64,000 nt of DNA from an uncultured Pseudomonadota bacterium (lineage in GTDB: Bacteria; Desulfobacterota; Syntrophorhabdia; Syntrophorhabdales; CAYQXL01). Positions 52,608 through 61,564 of this stretch are shown piece by piece (position 1 is the stretch's first letter; every line of letters starts with the position of its first letter). The stretch covers positions 1,981-65,980 of the forward strand of contig CAYQXL010000001.1 in the NCBI GenBank assembly GCA_964421445.1, read 5' to 3'. Below the pieces are notes generated by a model. That model was not told the origin of the DNA. It did no database searches and was given only the letters and a program-made list of their open reading frames with translations. The translations under genes and the position numbers were made by a program.

Positions 52608-53242
52608 TATTTTTCCTTTTCTATCCTGTTCTTGAGAATTCCGATGCCTTCGATCTCTACTTCCACTTCATCCCCAGCCTGAAGGGGCCCGACGCCGTGA
52701 GGTGTGCCGGTAATGATGACATCGCCGGGCAGAAGGGTCATGACAGAGGAAATGTATGACAGGAGTGCCGGAACGTCAAAGATCAGGTTGGATGTGTTCG
52801 AATGTTGTTTTACGACCCCGTTGACCCTGGTTGTGATGTCGAGATGGCCCGGGTCGATGTCTTTGACGATCCTCGGGCCCAGGGGGCAAAAGGTATCGAA
52901 GGATTTCGCTCTGGTCCACTGACCGTCAAGGCGCTGGAGATCCCTTGCCGTCACATCGTTTGCACAGGCGTAGCCGAGGATGAACAGGGATGCATCGGCG
53001 GCGGTAACGTGGCGGGCCCTTGTCTTGATTATGACGGCGAGTTCTCCTTCATAGTGAAGCTCCGATGTTGATGCCGGGTATATGATCGGTTCGCCGTGTT
53101 CGATGACTGCTGTCGACGGCTTGAGAAACAGGAGCGGCCTGTCGGGAAGAGCCTCTTTCATCTCGGCGGCATGGTCGCGATAGTTCAGTCCGACTGCAAC
53201 GATCTTAGACGGGGAGAAGAGTGCATTGCTGCCAGGAGCCAT
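52607..53242 (-). CDS. Fumarylacetoacetate hydrolase (FAH) family protein
   Basis: KIVAVGLNYRDHA, YEGELAVII, DVTARDLQ, FDTFCPLGP, PGDVIITGTPHGVG. Confidence 0.85.
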   Translation of the reverse strand: MAPGSNALFSPSKIVAVGLNYRDHAAEMKEALPDRPLLFLKPSTAVIEHGEPIIYPASTSELHYEGELAVIIKTRARHVTAADASLFILGYACANDVTARDLQRLDGQWTRAKSFDTFCPLGPRIVKDIDPGHLDITTRVNGVVKQHSNTSNLIFDVPALLSYISSVMTLLPGDVIITGTPHGVGPLQAGDEVEVEIEGIGILKNRIEKEK

Positions 53243-53244
53243 GG

Positions 53245-53643
53245 TTACTGCTTTGCCCCCTTCTTTCTTGCTTCCATCTCCTTTTCGGCCTGTTCTTCCA
53301 TCTCGTGAAGGCGCGTGTAGTAGTCGGGAAATTCCTCAAGGTGGTCTGTTGCAATCTCAAGTGCTACCAGCTTGTCTTTTGTGTGTTCCTGCTCCACGGC
53401 GATGCCCATGAGAAGCTGGTTGAGGTCGTACCTGGTGACCTGTTTCCCGTCAGCCTTCCCTCCTTCGATCTTGCCCTTGAACTCACGGATATCAATGCCG
53501 AATTTCTCCTGAATCGCCGAACGGTACGAAGCAAACCGGGCGCTGTCGTCTGCCGGTGAGTCTGATGGGGATGCAAGGATGAACAGAATAACGGTTACAG
53601 TTATAAGACCACATACGGCTGAACGGACCTTGCTCTTCGTCAT
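53245..53643 (-). CDS. Secreted hypothetical protein with a conserved EQEHT...HL..FPDYY helical motif
   Basis: The start is set at MTKSKV (AGGAGG upstream). It has a signal/TM segment. The motif is GIAVEQEHTKDKLVALEIATDHLEEFPDYYTRLHEME. Confidence 0.5.
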   Translation of the reverse strand: MTKSKVRSAVCGLITVTVILFILASPSDSPADDSARFASYRSAIQEKFGIDIREFKGKIEGGKADGKQVTRYDLNQLLMGIAVEQEHTKDKLVALEIATDHLEEFPDYYTRLHEMEEQAEKEMEARKKGAKQ

Positions 53644-53787
53644 GGCGGGATCCTCCTGGTATGTATTTGTCCGAATTATACAACGGTCGGGAGAGAATGG
53701 CAACGATGGGATCGGCGAAAAGCAGGGTGTGATGGGAAAGGGCAGATGTCATTGATCCGTTCCCCTCGGAAACGACGGGGGAAAGAC

Positions 53788-54537
53788 CTATGGGTTTTCC
53801 TGCTTCCTCGTTATGAAGATGAGCGTGTTTCCGCCGAGAATGACGTCATTTCGCAGGGTCAGGTCATACCGGTGTTTCCGTCGTGACTTAAGGGGAGTAA
53901 GGGCGGCCATCAGTTTCAGTCCGGCGACGAGAGGGATGAGGAAAGACTGTTTTTTCTTAAATTTATCCCGGAGGATTCGTTCAACCTGAAGACCGTTGAT
54001 CGCAAAGATGAGATCGAGAATCGTAATTGATAGGGGGGAATTGTGGAAATTGAAGAGATTCGACCCTTCCCTCCTGTAATCGTCGAGACTTTTCGGCTTC
54101 GTTACGTAGCCCTTGAGAAAATACTTGAACCTTTTCTCGATATTTGAGTAATTGGGAATACTGAAGATGCCCATGCCGCCCGGTTTCAGCACGCGGGAAA
54201 ATTCCTCCACCGCCCTGTACGGATCGGTCATGTGCTCGAGGCCGTCGATGCAGCAGACATAGTCGAAGGACGAATCGCCGGCGTCAATTGACCTGTTGAG
54301 GTCGGTAAATATGCATTGCACACCTGTTCCCATGAAGATGTCCGGTTCAATCTCGCCACATACGACATGAAAACCGAGATCTTTCAGCTTCATGGAGAGA
54401 TGGCCAAACCCTGCCGGCGCATCGAGAAGCGTCCCTCTCGGCTGGGTTGAGAGCCAGTCGATGATGACCTTGTGAATGCTCCCACGGGCCTTTGGTACGA
54501 TCCGCTCATCGTCGTATATGTCATCGATCTTAGTCAT
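53788..54537 (-). CDS. Class I SAM-dependent methyltransferase
   Basis: Motif I is LLDAPAGFGHLS. The post-I acidic residue and motif II/III spacing (CCIDGLEH, LKPGG) are present. Confidence 0.75.
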   Translation of the reverse strand: MTKIDDIYDDERIVPKARGSIHKVIIDWLSTQPRGTLLDAPAGFGHLSMKLKDLGFHVVCGEIEPDIFMGTGVQCIFTDLNRSIDAGDSSFDYVCCIDGLEHMTDPYRAVEEFSRVLKPGGMGIFSIPNYSNIEKRFKYFLKGYVTKPKSLDDYRREGSNLFNFHNSPLSITILDLIFAINGLQVERILRDKFKKKQSFLIPLVAGLKLMAALTPLKSRRKHRYDLTLRNDVILGGNTLIFITRKQENP

Positions 54538-54949
54538 CTGTCTCAGGCGGCCTCCCTTTCTGCATCCCTGAGGCCGACAATGCCAGATACTATCCTCAAG
54601 CCCGTTTTCTTGTCAACATGGAGCGGAAGAAAAATGTTTGACAGTCTTGCATCCTGCACGGGAATTATAGTACACTACATATGGATCAGCACATCGGAGT
54701 GCTGAAACTCATCATACCCTCAACGTCGCCGAGGGATTTTCAGAAAAACGAACGAAGTGGTTCAGAATAGTCAACGTCAGCGACTCAGCGGTCCTTGACA
54801 TCCCCGGGTGGTTATGTTCCTTGGGCCTCGCGAGGAGAAAAGGACCGGTTATGGTCATCTGTGTCTGCCGGGATGAACCGGACCATGTCCCTACGGCAGC
54901 AAAAGGGTATCGCAGGGAAGAAAGATCTATTCCATAGGAGGAGAAACAT

Positions 54950-57046
54950 ATGGAACTTACGAAGCTTTTTGGATCAAATGTATTCAACGATAAAGTGATG
55001 AAGGAAAGATTGCCCAAAGAGATTTACAGGGCTCTCAAGGAGACGATTGAAAAGGATATTCCCCTCCGGCCCGATGTTGCCGATGTGGTGGCAAACGCCA
55101 TGAAGGATTGGGCCATCGAGCGGGGGGCTACCCATTACACCCACTGGTTCCAGCCATTAACAGGGATCACTGCCGAAAAACACGATTCTTTCATCTCCCC
55201 TGCCGAAGATGGTAGTGTGATCATGGAGTTTTCGGGGAAACAGTTGATTCAGGGTGAGCCTGATGCATCGTCCTTTCCGAGCGGCGGTCTCAGGGCTACC
55301 TTCGAGGCCCGGGGATATACGGCCTGGGACTGTACATCGCCGGCGTTTCTGAAGACCGACGAGGGAGGGAACGTCACCCTGACGATTCCGACAGCCTTCT
55401 ATTCTTACAAAGGCGAGGCTCTTGACAAGAAGACACCTCTCCTCAGATCGATGACCGCCGTTTCAAAACAGGCCCTCCGAGTTTTAAAAGGTCTCGGGAA
55501 TACCTCTTCGGCGAAGGTGACTTCAACCGTCGGGCCGGAGCAGGAATATTTTCTTGTAGACAAGAAGTTTTACCTTGACCGGATCGACCTGATCATGGCC
55601 GGTCGGACCCTCTTCGGTGCTCCCGCGCCGAAGGGTCAGGAACTGGAAGACCAGTATTTTGGGGCGATCAAGGACCGGGTTTCCGATTACATGAGGGATC
55701 TGGACATAGAGTTGTGGAAGATGGGTATTACGTCGAAGACGAAACACAACGAGGTGGCACCGGCCCAGTATGAAATGGCACCCATTTTTGCCACCACCAA
55801 TATTGCCACTGACCACAACCAGCTTGTCATGGAGACGATGCAGAAGGTTGCCTTTCGCCATAATCTCGTCTGTCTTCTTCACGAAAAGCCCTACGCAGGG
55901 ATCAACGGTTCGGGAAAGCATAACAACTGGTCATTGTCAACGGATGACGGCATGAACCTTCTCGAACCGGGTCATACCCCCGGGGAAAACGTTCAGTTCC
56001 TGCTTTTTGTCAGTGCCATGATCAAGGCTGTCGATACACACGCCGACATCCTCCGTGCGACCTGTGCCACAGCGGGAAACGATCATCGGCTTGGTGCCAA
56101 CGAAGCGCCACCGGCCATCATTTCCATCTTCATGGGCGAGGAACTGACGGAGATTCTGGAGAAGATATCAAAAGGGGAAAAGATATCGACGACAGGGAGG
56201 CAGTTCGTCAGTGTCGGTGTCGATACCCTCCCCGTCATTCCGAGAGATAATACGGACCGTAACAGAACATCCCCCTTCGCGTTTACAGGGAACAAGTTTG
56301 AGTTCAGAATGGTCGGATCAGCTCAGTCTATCGCTGGTTCGAACGTCGCTCTCAACACGATCGCCGCCGAAGTACTTGACGAGATCGCAACGCGTCTCGA
56401 AAAAGCCCAGGATACCAATCTGGAGGCTGCTGCCATTATCAGTGAAATTTACAAAAAGCACAGCAGAATCATCTTCAACGGAAACAACTATTCCGATGAG
56501 TGGGTGGCGGAAGCGGAAAGACGGGGATTGCCCAACATGAGGAATTCGGTCGATGCCCTGAAAGCTTTTGTTACGGATAAAGCCCTGAAACTTTTCGAAA
56601 AATACGATGTCCTGTCCCACAAGGAACTCCACTCACGGTACGATATCTATGTTGAGCATTATGCGAAACAGATCAACATCGAGGCTCTGGCGGCTATAGA
56701 TATGGCCAAGAAGCAGTTTTTGCCTTCGGCAATTGAATATGCCACATTTCTCGCCGATTCCGCAGGAAGCTTCGCTTCCGCATCGCTTCCGGCACCTGTT
56801 CAGGAAGACCTTCTCGCAAAAGTGAATGGTCTTGTCACCTCGTTATACGGAAATCTGACAAAGCTCGAATCTGCTGTCTCCAGGGCGCAGGTAACGGGAG
56901 AGACGGTAAAACAGGCCGAGTCCTACAGGGATGATGTTTTTCCCGTCATGCAGGCCCTGCGGGCTGACGTTGATGCGCTTGAGATGATCGTTCCTCGCGA
57001 CATGTGGCCCGTTCCAACGTATACGGAATTGCTGTTCAAGTTATAG
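54950..57046 (+). CDS. glnN: Glutamine synthetase type III
   Basis: 698 aa. The N-terminus is [20 protein letters not shown]...[13 protein letters not shown]. The catalytic region reads [16 protein letters not shown] and [10 protein letters not shown]. Confidence 0.85.
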   Translation: MELTKLFGSNVFNDKVMKERLPKEIYRALKETIEKDIPLRPDVADVVANAMKDWAIERGATHYTHWFQPLTGITAEKHDSFISPAEDGSVIMEFSGKQLIQGEPDASSFPSGGLRATFEARGYTAWDCTSPAFLKTDEGGNVTLTIPTAFYSYKGEALDKKTPLLRSMTAVSKQALRVLKGLGNTSSAKVTSTVGPEQEYFLVDKKFYLDRIDLIMAGRTLFGAPAPKGQELEDQYFGAIKDRVSDYMRDLDIELWKMGITSKTKHNEVAPAQYEMAPIFATTNIATDHNQLVMETMQKVAFRHNLVCLLHEKPYAGINGSGKHNNWSLSTDDGMNLLEPGHTPGENVQFLLFVSAMIKAVDTHADILRATCATAGNDHRLGANEAPPAIISIFMGEELTEILEKISKGEKISTTGRQFVSVGVDTLPVIPRDNTDRNRTSPFAFTGNKFEFRMVGSAQSIAGSNVALNTIAAEVLDEIATRLEKAQDTNLEAAAIISEIYKKHSRIIFNGNNYSDEWVAEAERRGLPNMRNSVDALKAFVTDKALKLFEKYDVLSHKELHSRYDIYVEHYAKQINIEALAAIDMAKKQFLPSAIEYATFLADSAGSFASASLPAPVQEDLLAKVNGLVTSLYGNLTKLESAVSRAQVTGETVKQAESYRDDVFPVMQALRADVDALEMIVPRDMWPVPTYTELLFKL

Positions 57047-57065
57047 AAAAGCGTATGCCTCCAGG

Positions 57066-57105
57066 AACCGGCCCCCCCTCCCCCCAGGGGACGGCCGGTT
57101 TTTTT
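57066..57105 (+). terminator. Rho-independent terminator after glnN
   Basis: aaccggcc...ggccggtt is a GC-rich stem with an inner CCCC/GGGG pairing, followed by TTTTTTT. Confidence 0.7.
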
Positions 57106-57227
57106 GTCCCCCTTCAGGAGAAATCCGGCAGGGACAGGGGCACTGGAGGGACTGAATAAAAAGGGGTTGAACCTTCCGGAGGATTGAAGAATAATAATAG
57201 AGAAAAGCCCGAGCCCCCGGAGGAACA

Positions 57228-58304
57228 ATGAAGAACAGCCGATACCATACCCTCTGTCTCTCTGTTGCCATGATCCTCTCCGTTCTTTGTTTTCCGGTGA
57301 TGGCGGTGTCTCAACGTCCGGTGGTGGTGATCGTGGCGACAGGTGGAACAATAGCGGGCAAAGGGGCGACGACTACAACTACTGTCGGATATAAACCGGG
57401 TGTTGTTGGTGTCGAGAGCCTCATTGACGCTGTCCCTGAGATCAAAACCCTGGCCGACGTGAGAGGGGAACAGATCTTTCAGACAGGGAGCGCAAAGATT
57501 ACGCCGGCACACTGGCTTACGCTTGCCAGGAGGATTGACGTAATTCTGAAAGATCCCGTCGTTGCAGGGGTTGTTGTCACCCACGGTACGGATACCCTTG
57601 AAGAGACAGCCTATTTTCTCCACCTTACAGTGCGGAGCTCAAAACCTGTCGTTGTCACGGGGTCAATGCGGCCGTCAACAGCCATCAGCGCCGACGGGCC
57701 TGCCAATCTCTACGATGCCGTAGCCGTTGCTGCTTCCCCTTCCTCCCGGGGCAGGGGTGTCCTCGTCGTGTTAAACAATGAGATCAACGGAGCGAGAGAG
57801 GTGACAAAGACAAACACATTCATGGCCAACACGTTCCGTTCACCCGATCTCGGTCTTCTTGGTTATGTCCAGGCGGGGAAACCTTCATTTTACAGGGCGA
57901 CAACGCGCAAACATACAGGAGCGAGCGAATTCGATCTTGCGAAAGTAACCGATCTCCCTTCCATCGAGATCATTTATGGGTACGGTGGGACAGGACGGGT
58001 TCTCATCGACGGAGCTGTTGGGGCGAACGTCCGGGGGATCGTCTATGCCGGTGCAGGACAGGGCAGTCTCTCTTTGGATGCGAAGGCGGCACTTGCCGAT
58101 GCGCGGACGAAGGGGATCGCCGTTGTTCGGTCATCGCGAACAGGAAGCGGAATTGTTCCCCGAGACAAGGGAGAAGGGGATGATGACCACGGTTTTGTGG
58201 CCGGGGACAACCTGACCGCCCAAAAGGCGCGGATACTTCTCATGCTTGCCCTGACAGTCACCCCGGACCCTGTGAGGATCCAGGAGATCTTCTGGAGCTA
58301 TTGA
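57228..58304 (+). CDS. ansB: Periplasmic L-asparaginase type II
   Basis: It has a signal peptide. Motifs are VVIVATGGTIAG and VVTHGTDTLEETAYFL. Confidence 0.9.
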   Translation: MKNSRYHTLCLSVAMILSVLCFPVMAVSQRPVVVIVATGGTIAGKGATTTTTVGYKPGVVGVESLIDAVPEIKTLADVRGEQIFQTGSAKITPAHWLTLARRIDVILKDPVVAGVVVTHGTDTLEETAYFLHLTVRSSKPVVVTGSMRPSTAISADGPANLYDAVAVAASPSSRGRGVLVVLNNEINGAREVTKTNTFMANTFRSPDLGLLGYVQAGKPSFYRATTRKHTGASEFDLAKVTDLPSIEIIYGYGGTGRVLIDGAVGANVRGIVYAGAGQGSLSLDAKAALADARTKGIAVVRSSRTGSGIVPRDKGEGDDDHGFVAGDNLTAQKARILLMLALTVTPDPVRIQEIFWSY

Positions 58305-58422
58305 GGGAGAGGAGGTGACGGCGATGAAAGCAATGAGTGTGTCTGTCGTGCCGGAGGAAGGGAGACGGTCGATGGCTGTGCGGCAGAGGGGTCATGAGGC
58401 GTGCAAAGATGGAAATAGCGCG

Positions 58423-58869
58423 ATGAAGGGTGTCTGCGCTCTCGCGATGTTCATCGCACTTGTTGTGATGCCGTCCCTATCACAGGGTACAGACTGGCAG
58501 TATCTTCAGCCTTCCCGGGGGGGAGGAAAGATTTACTACGATCCGGAGAGTCGTGTTTCCATGCCCGGGGGAATGGTGCGGGAATCGTTTCTCACCGAGT
58601 ACAGCGTGGAAGAGATCAGACAGGCGAGGGAGAGCGCAGCGCGGGATGGTTTGAACGAAAAGAAGTTCGATCATGTCACATCTCACATTGCAGATATTGA
58701 ATTCGACTGTTCGACGAAGACCTTCAGGATTATCCGTCTTTCCTATTTTGACAGGGAAGGCCGGAGGCTTCAGGTTCTTACGTACAACGACAAAGATTGG
58801 CAACCCCTTCAAAAAGGATCCTCCATAAGGGCAAGATTTATCCATCACTGTTCCCCTGCGGCAAACTGA
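58423..58869 (+). CDS. Secreted hypothetical protein
   Basis: The start is set at MKGVCALAMFIALVVMPSLSQG (signal peptide). The track ORF begins at 58315. I recognise no motif with confidence. Confidence 0.45.
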   Translation: MKGVCALAMFIALVVMPSLSQGTDWQYLQPSRGGGKIYYDPESRVSMPGGMVRESFLTEYSVEEIRQARESAARDGLNEKKFDHVTSHIADIEFDCSTKTFRIIRLSYFDREGRRLQVLTYNDKDWQPLQKGSSIRARFIHHCSPAAN

Positions 58870-58965
58870 TACCCGGTCCTCGTAAATCCCGCTTTTCCCT
58901 GCACCATCGTAATCCTGATGGAAGAATCCCCGATACGTGCGCCGTACTTCCGTGAACGATTACCG

Positions 58966-59664
58966 TCAATGTTTTACAAAAGCCCGTATAAGCCCGAGAA
59001 TGGCAAGATGGCCGGGATAGAAAAAGTAGAAAAAATACTTTATTTTTGGCCCCTGCCTTCCGTTGTACAGGGCCGTCAATGGTACGGACAGGGCGGCGAG
59101 GGGTTCGAGGAGGAGGGTAATACAGTGGTGTGAAAGGTACGATGCGGTCAGAACAAAGGACGGATCAGTGAAAGCCCGCCATACGATTCCCCGGACAGAC
59201 CCGAGAACGGCGGCGGCAAGAACGGCGAGCCCCATCTTCCACGGGTTTTCGATATAGTAAAACATGACAAAGATCATCATGACGCCGGGCAGTCCATAGG
59301 ATGCCCGGACAAACTCGCTTGAAATACCGGCGAGCAGAACGGGAAGGAGACTCTTCTTTTTCTCGTAGGCATATATTCCGTACAAGCCTGCGGTGAGAGT
59401 AAAGAAGATATTGAAATGGACTGTGTCGTAGTGGAATGCATAGGTATAAAAGGGCTGTGAAATGAGGGAGAAAAGGAAAAGACGGCCCAGATATGATGTG
59501 GGATCCTTGGTATGTCTGTATCCCGACGCGACGAGATAGGCAAAGAGGGGAAAGGCAAGCCGTCCGATACCCCTGAGCAGGGGGTCTCCGTGGAAAAAGA
59601 TGGCGCCGAGATGGTCTATGACCATAATGGCACAGGCAAGCATTTTGATGGCGAAGCTGTTCAT
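58966..59664 (-). CDS. TraX-family polytopic membrane protein
   Basis: MNSFAIKMLACAIMVIDHLGAIFF is a typical TraX-family N-terminus. The protein is ~230 aa with multiple TM segments. Confidence 0.65.
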   Translation of the reverse strand: MNSFAIKMLACAIMVIDHLGAIFFHGDPLLRGIGRLAFPLFAYLVASGYRHTKDPTSYLGRLFLFSLISQPFYTYAFHYDTVHFNIFFTLTAGLYGIYAYEKKKSLLPVLLAGISSEFVRASYGLPGVMMIFVMFYYIENPWKMGLAVLAAAVLGSVRGIVWRAFTDPSFVLTASYLSHHCITLLLEPLAALSVPLTALYNGRQGPKIKYFFYFFYPGHLAILGLIRAFVKH

Positions 59665-60178
59665 CGAGTTCCCTCCTGTTTTACCATATTCTCACGGTCT
59701 ATTGAACGGGCCCGGCACCTTTTCCCGGCCGCTGTCCCTGCGGCTGGCTGGATCACCGGTCTTCCGGGGTTGTGAATTGATCAGCCCTTCAGAATGACTC
59801 TTTCGGTATTTTCCGAATCTTCCGTTGACTGCCCTGGTACACTGGTTTCATTCGCCACCCGTTACAGGTTATCGTCTTTTGTGAATAAAGTATAGATGGC
59901 TAGTGTGATAAATCCCTGATGAGAACCGCCCCGTGTCGAATGCTGGCACCTGCCGGAAGGGCTTTGGGGTGGCCTGTCAGCAGGAAGGAGTTGCGCCGGT
60001 TGAGATAGAGATTTATTGTTGACGAAACCTGGTGTAAAATTGTGTGCGAGAAAGGCCTGATAGGGAGCGCGAAAGATGAGGAAGACGAATTGTGTCCGGG
60101 CGAACGAAGCCTCTCTGCTGAACAGGGAGCCGGCGATTACGGATGGGATGAAAGGACGGGGTAGAAAAGGAGGGGTCA

Positions 60179-61072
60179 ATGCATCTGCTGCCAAGATTTG
60201 ATTATATCGAACCACAGAGTTTGACCGAGGCATGTACGGTGCTGTCGGAGATGAACGGTGAGGCAAAGATCGTTGCCGGCGGAACAGATGTCCTGGTGAA
60301 CATGAAAAAAGGGCTTATGTCTCCCCGCTGCCTTGTCAGCCTCCGGCAGATTTCGGAGCTCGCAGAGGTGAAACCGCTGCCGTCAGGAGTCCTTATCGGA
60401 TCCCATGTCATTGTGGCACGGCTGACCGAGAGTGACGTTCTCAGGCTCCGATACCCCATGCTGGGTCAGGCCTCTTCAGTTCTCGGATCGCCTCTTGTAC
60501 GGAACAGGGCGACGATCGGTGGAAACATCGTCAATGCCCGGCCTGCCGCTGATCTCCCTCCCCCCCTTGTTGCGATGGGTGCCCGTGTTCACCTGAGGGG
60601 CATGAACGGCGAACGGGAGATTGATATCGATGACTTTCTTGTCGGTCCGGGCCAGACACTCATCAGGACTGATGAAATCGTAACGGCCATTGCAATCGAC
60701 GAGCCTCTTCCGTTTTCCGGCGGCCAGTACTTGAAACTGATGCACCGGAGGTCTCTCGAAATAGCGATCGTTGCTGTTGCGGTTCGTCTGCGTCTCGACG
60801 GACCTGGTGGCCCCATCATCGGGGCGGCGGTTGTTCTCAGCTCGGTCGCTCCGCGGGCCATTCATGCCCCTGTCGCCGAGGCACTGCTGATCGGTGAAAA
60901 ACCATCGAAGAAGCTCTTTGAAAAGGCGGCATCTGCGGCATCAGGCGAATGTTCCCCTATTGACGATCTGCGGGGGGGTGCCGAATATCGGTGTGCAATG
61001 GTGGAAGTTCTCACAAAACGGGCGCTGACGGCAGCTGCGAAAGAGGCCTCGGTCGCAGGGAAAAAGGAGTGA
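60179..61072 (+). CDS. Molybdo-hydroxylase FAD-binding (medium) subunit (CoxM/XdhB-like)
   Basis: FDYIEPQSLTEA...KIVAGGTDVLVNMK..., ATIGGNI, DLRGGAEYR. Confidence 0.85.
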   Translation: MHLLPRFDYIEPQSLTEACTVLSEMNGEAKIVAGGTDVLVNMKKGLMSPRCLVSLRQISELAEVKPLPSGVLIGSHVIVARLTESDVLRLRYPMLGQASSVLGSPLVRNRATIGGNIVNARPAADLPPPLVAMGARVHLRGMNGEREIDIDDFLVGPGQTLIRTDEIVTAIAIDEPLPFSGGQYLKLMHRRSLEIAIVAVAVRLRLDGPGGPIIGAAVVLSSVAPRAIHAPVAEALLIGEKPSKKLFEKAASAASGECSPIDDLRGGAEYRCAMVEVLTKRALTAAAKEASVAGKKE

Positions 61073-61075
61073 ACC

Positions 61076-61549
61076 ATGAAAAGCCTGATAACGCTGACGG
61101 TTAACACCTGTTGTCACGAAATAGCCGTTTCGCCGAACCGGACCCTCGCTCAGGTTCTCAGGGAGGACTTGGGTCTTCTGGGAACGAAGATTGGCTGCGG
61201 GATAGGGGATTGCGGGGCATGTACCGTCATTCTCGACGGCCGTCCCGTTAACTCCTGCCTTGTCCTCGCTGTTCAGGCGAATGGCAGTGAGATTACAACC
61301 ATTGAAGGTGTGGCCGAAGGCGATACCCTTCATCCGATCCAGGAAGCCTTTATCGAAGCCGGCGCAATTCAGTGCGGCTTCTGTACTCCCGGGATGATTC
61401 TTTCAGCAAAAAATCTCCTCGATACACAAGCAAAGCCTACAGAGAAAGAGATCCGCGAAGCCCTGTCAGGAAACCTCTGTCGGTGTACAGGGTATCAGAA
61501 GATAGTCGAAGCCGTCCAGGCGGCGTCGAAGAAGATGAGAAAACGGTAA
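61076..61549 (+). CDS. Molybdo-hydroxylase [2Fe-2S] (small) subunit (CoxS-like)
   Basis: GCGIGDCGACTV, then QCGFCTPGMI and LCRCTGY. Confidence 0.9.
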   Translation: MKSLITLTVNTCCHEIAVSPNRTLAQVLREDLGLLGTKIGCGIGDCGACTVILDGRPVNSCLVLAVQANGSEITTIEGVAEGDTLHPIQEAFIEAGAIQCGFCTPGMILSAKNLLDTQAKPTEKEIREALSGNLCRCTGYQKIVEAVQAASKKMRKR

Positions 61550-61564
61550 GGAGGAGAGATCGCC

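Noticed and set aside
59916-59940. Hammerhead-ribozyme-like core words CUGAUGAG ... CGAA upstream of the Mo-hydroxylase operon
   Set aside because: The intervening 13 nt cannot form a helix II of more than about 2 bp, and no helix I/III partners are evident. This is most likely a chance occurrence of short motifs.
60060-60178. Possible Moco riboswitch in front of the molybdoenzyme operon (AGCCUCUCUGC...GGGAGCC..., ...GAAAGGA...)
   Set aside because: It shows only vague resemblance to the pieces of the E. coli moaA leader that I remember. The segment is too short and the conserved 3' GCCUCC element is not seen. It needs a covariance-model scan before any claim.
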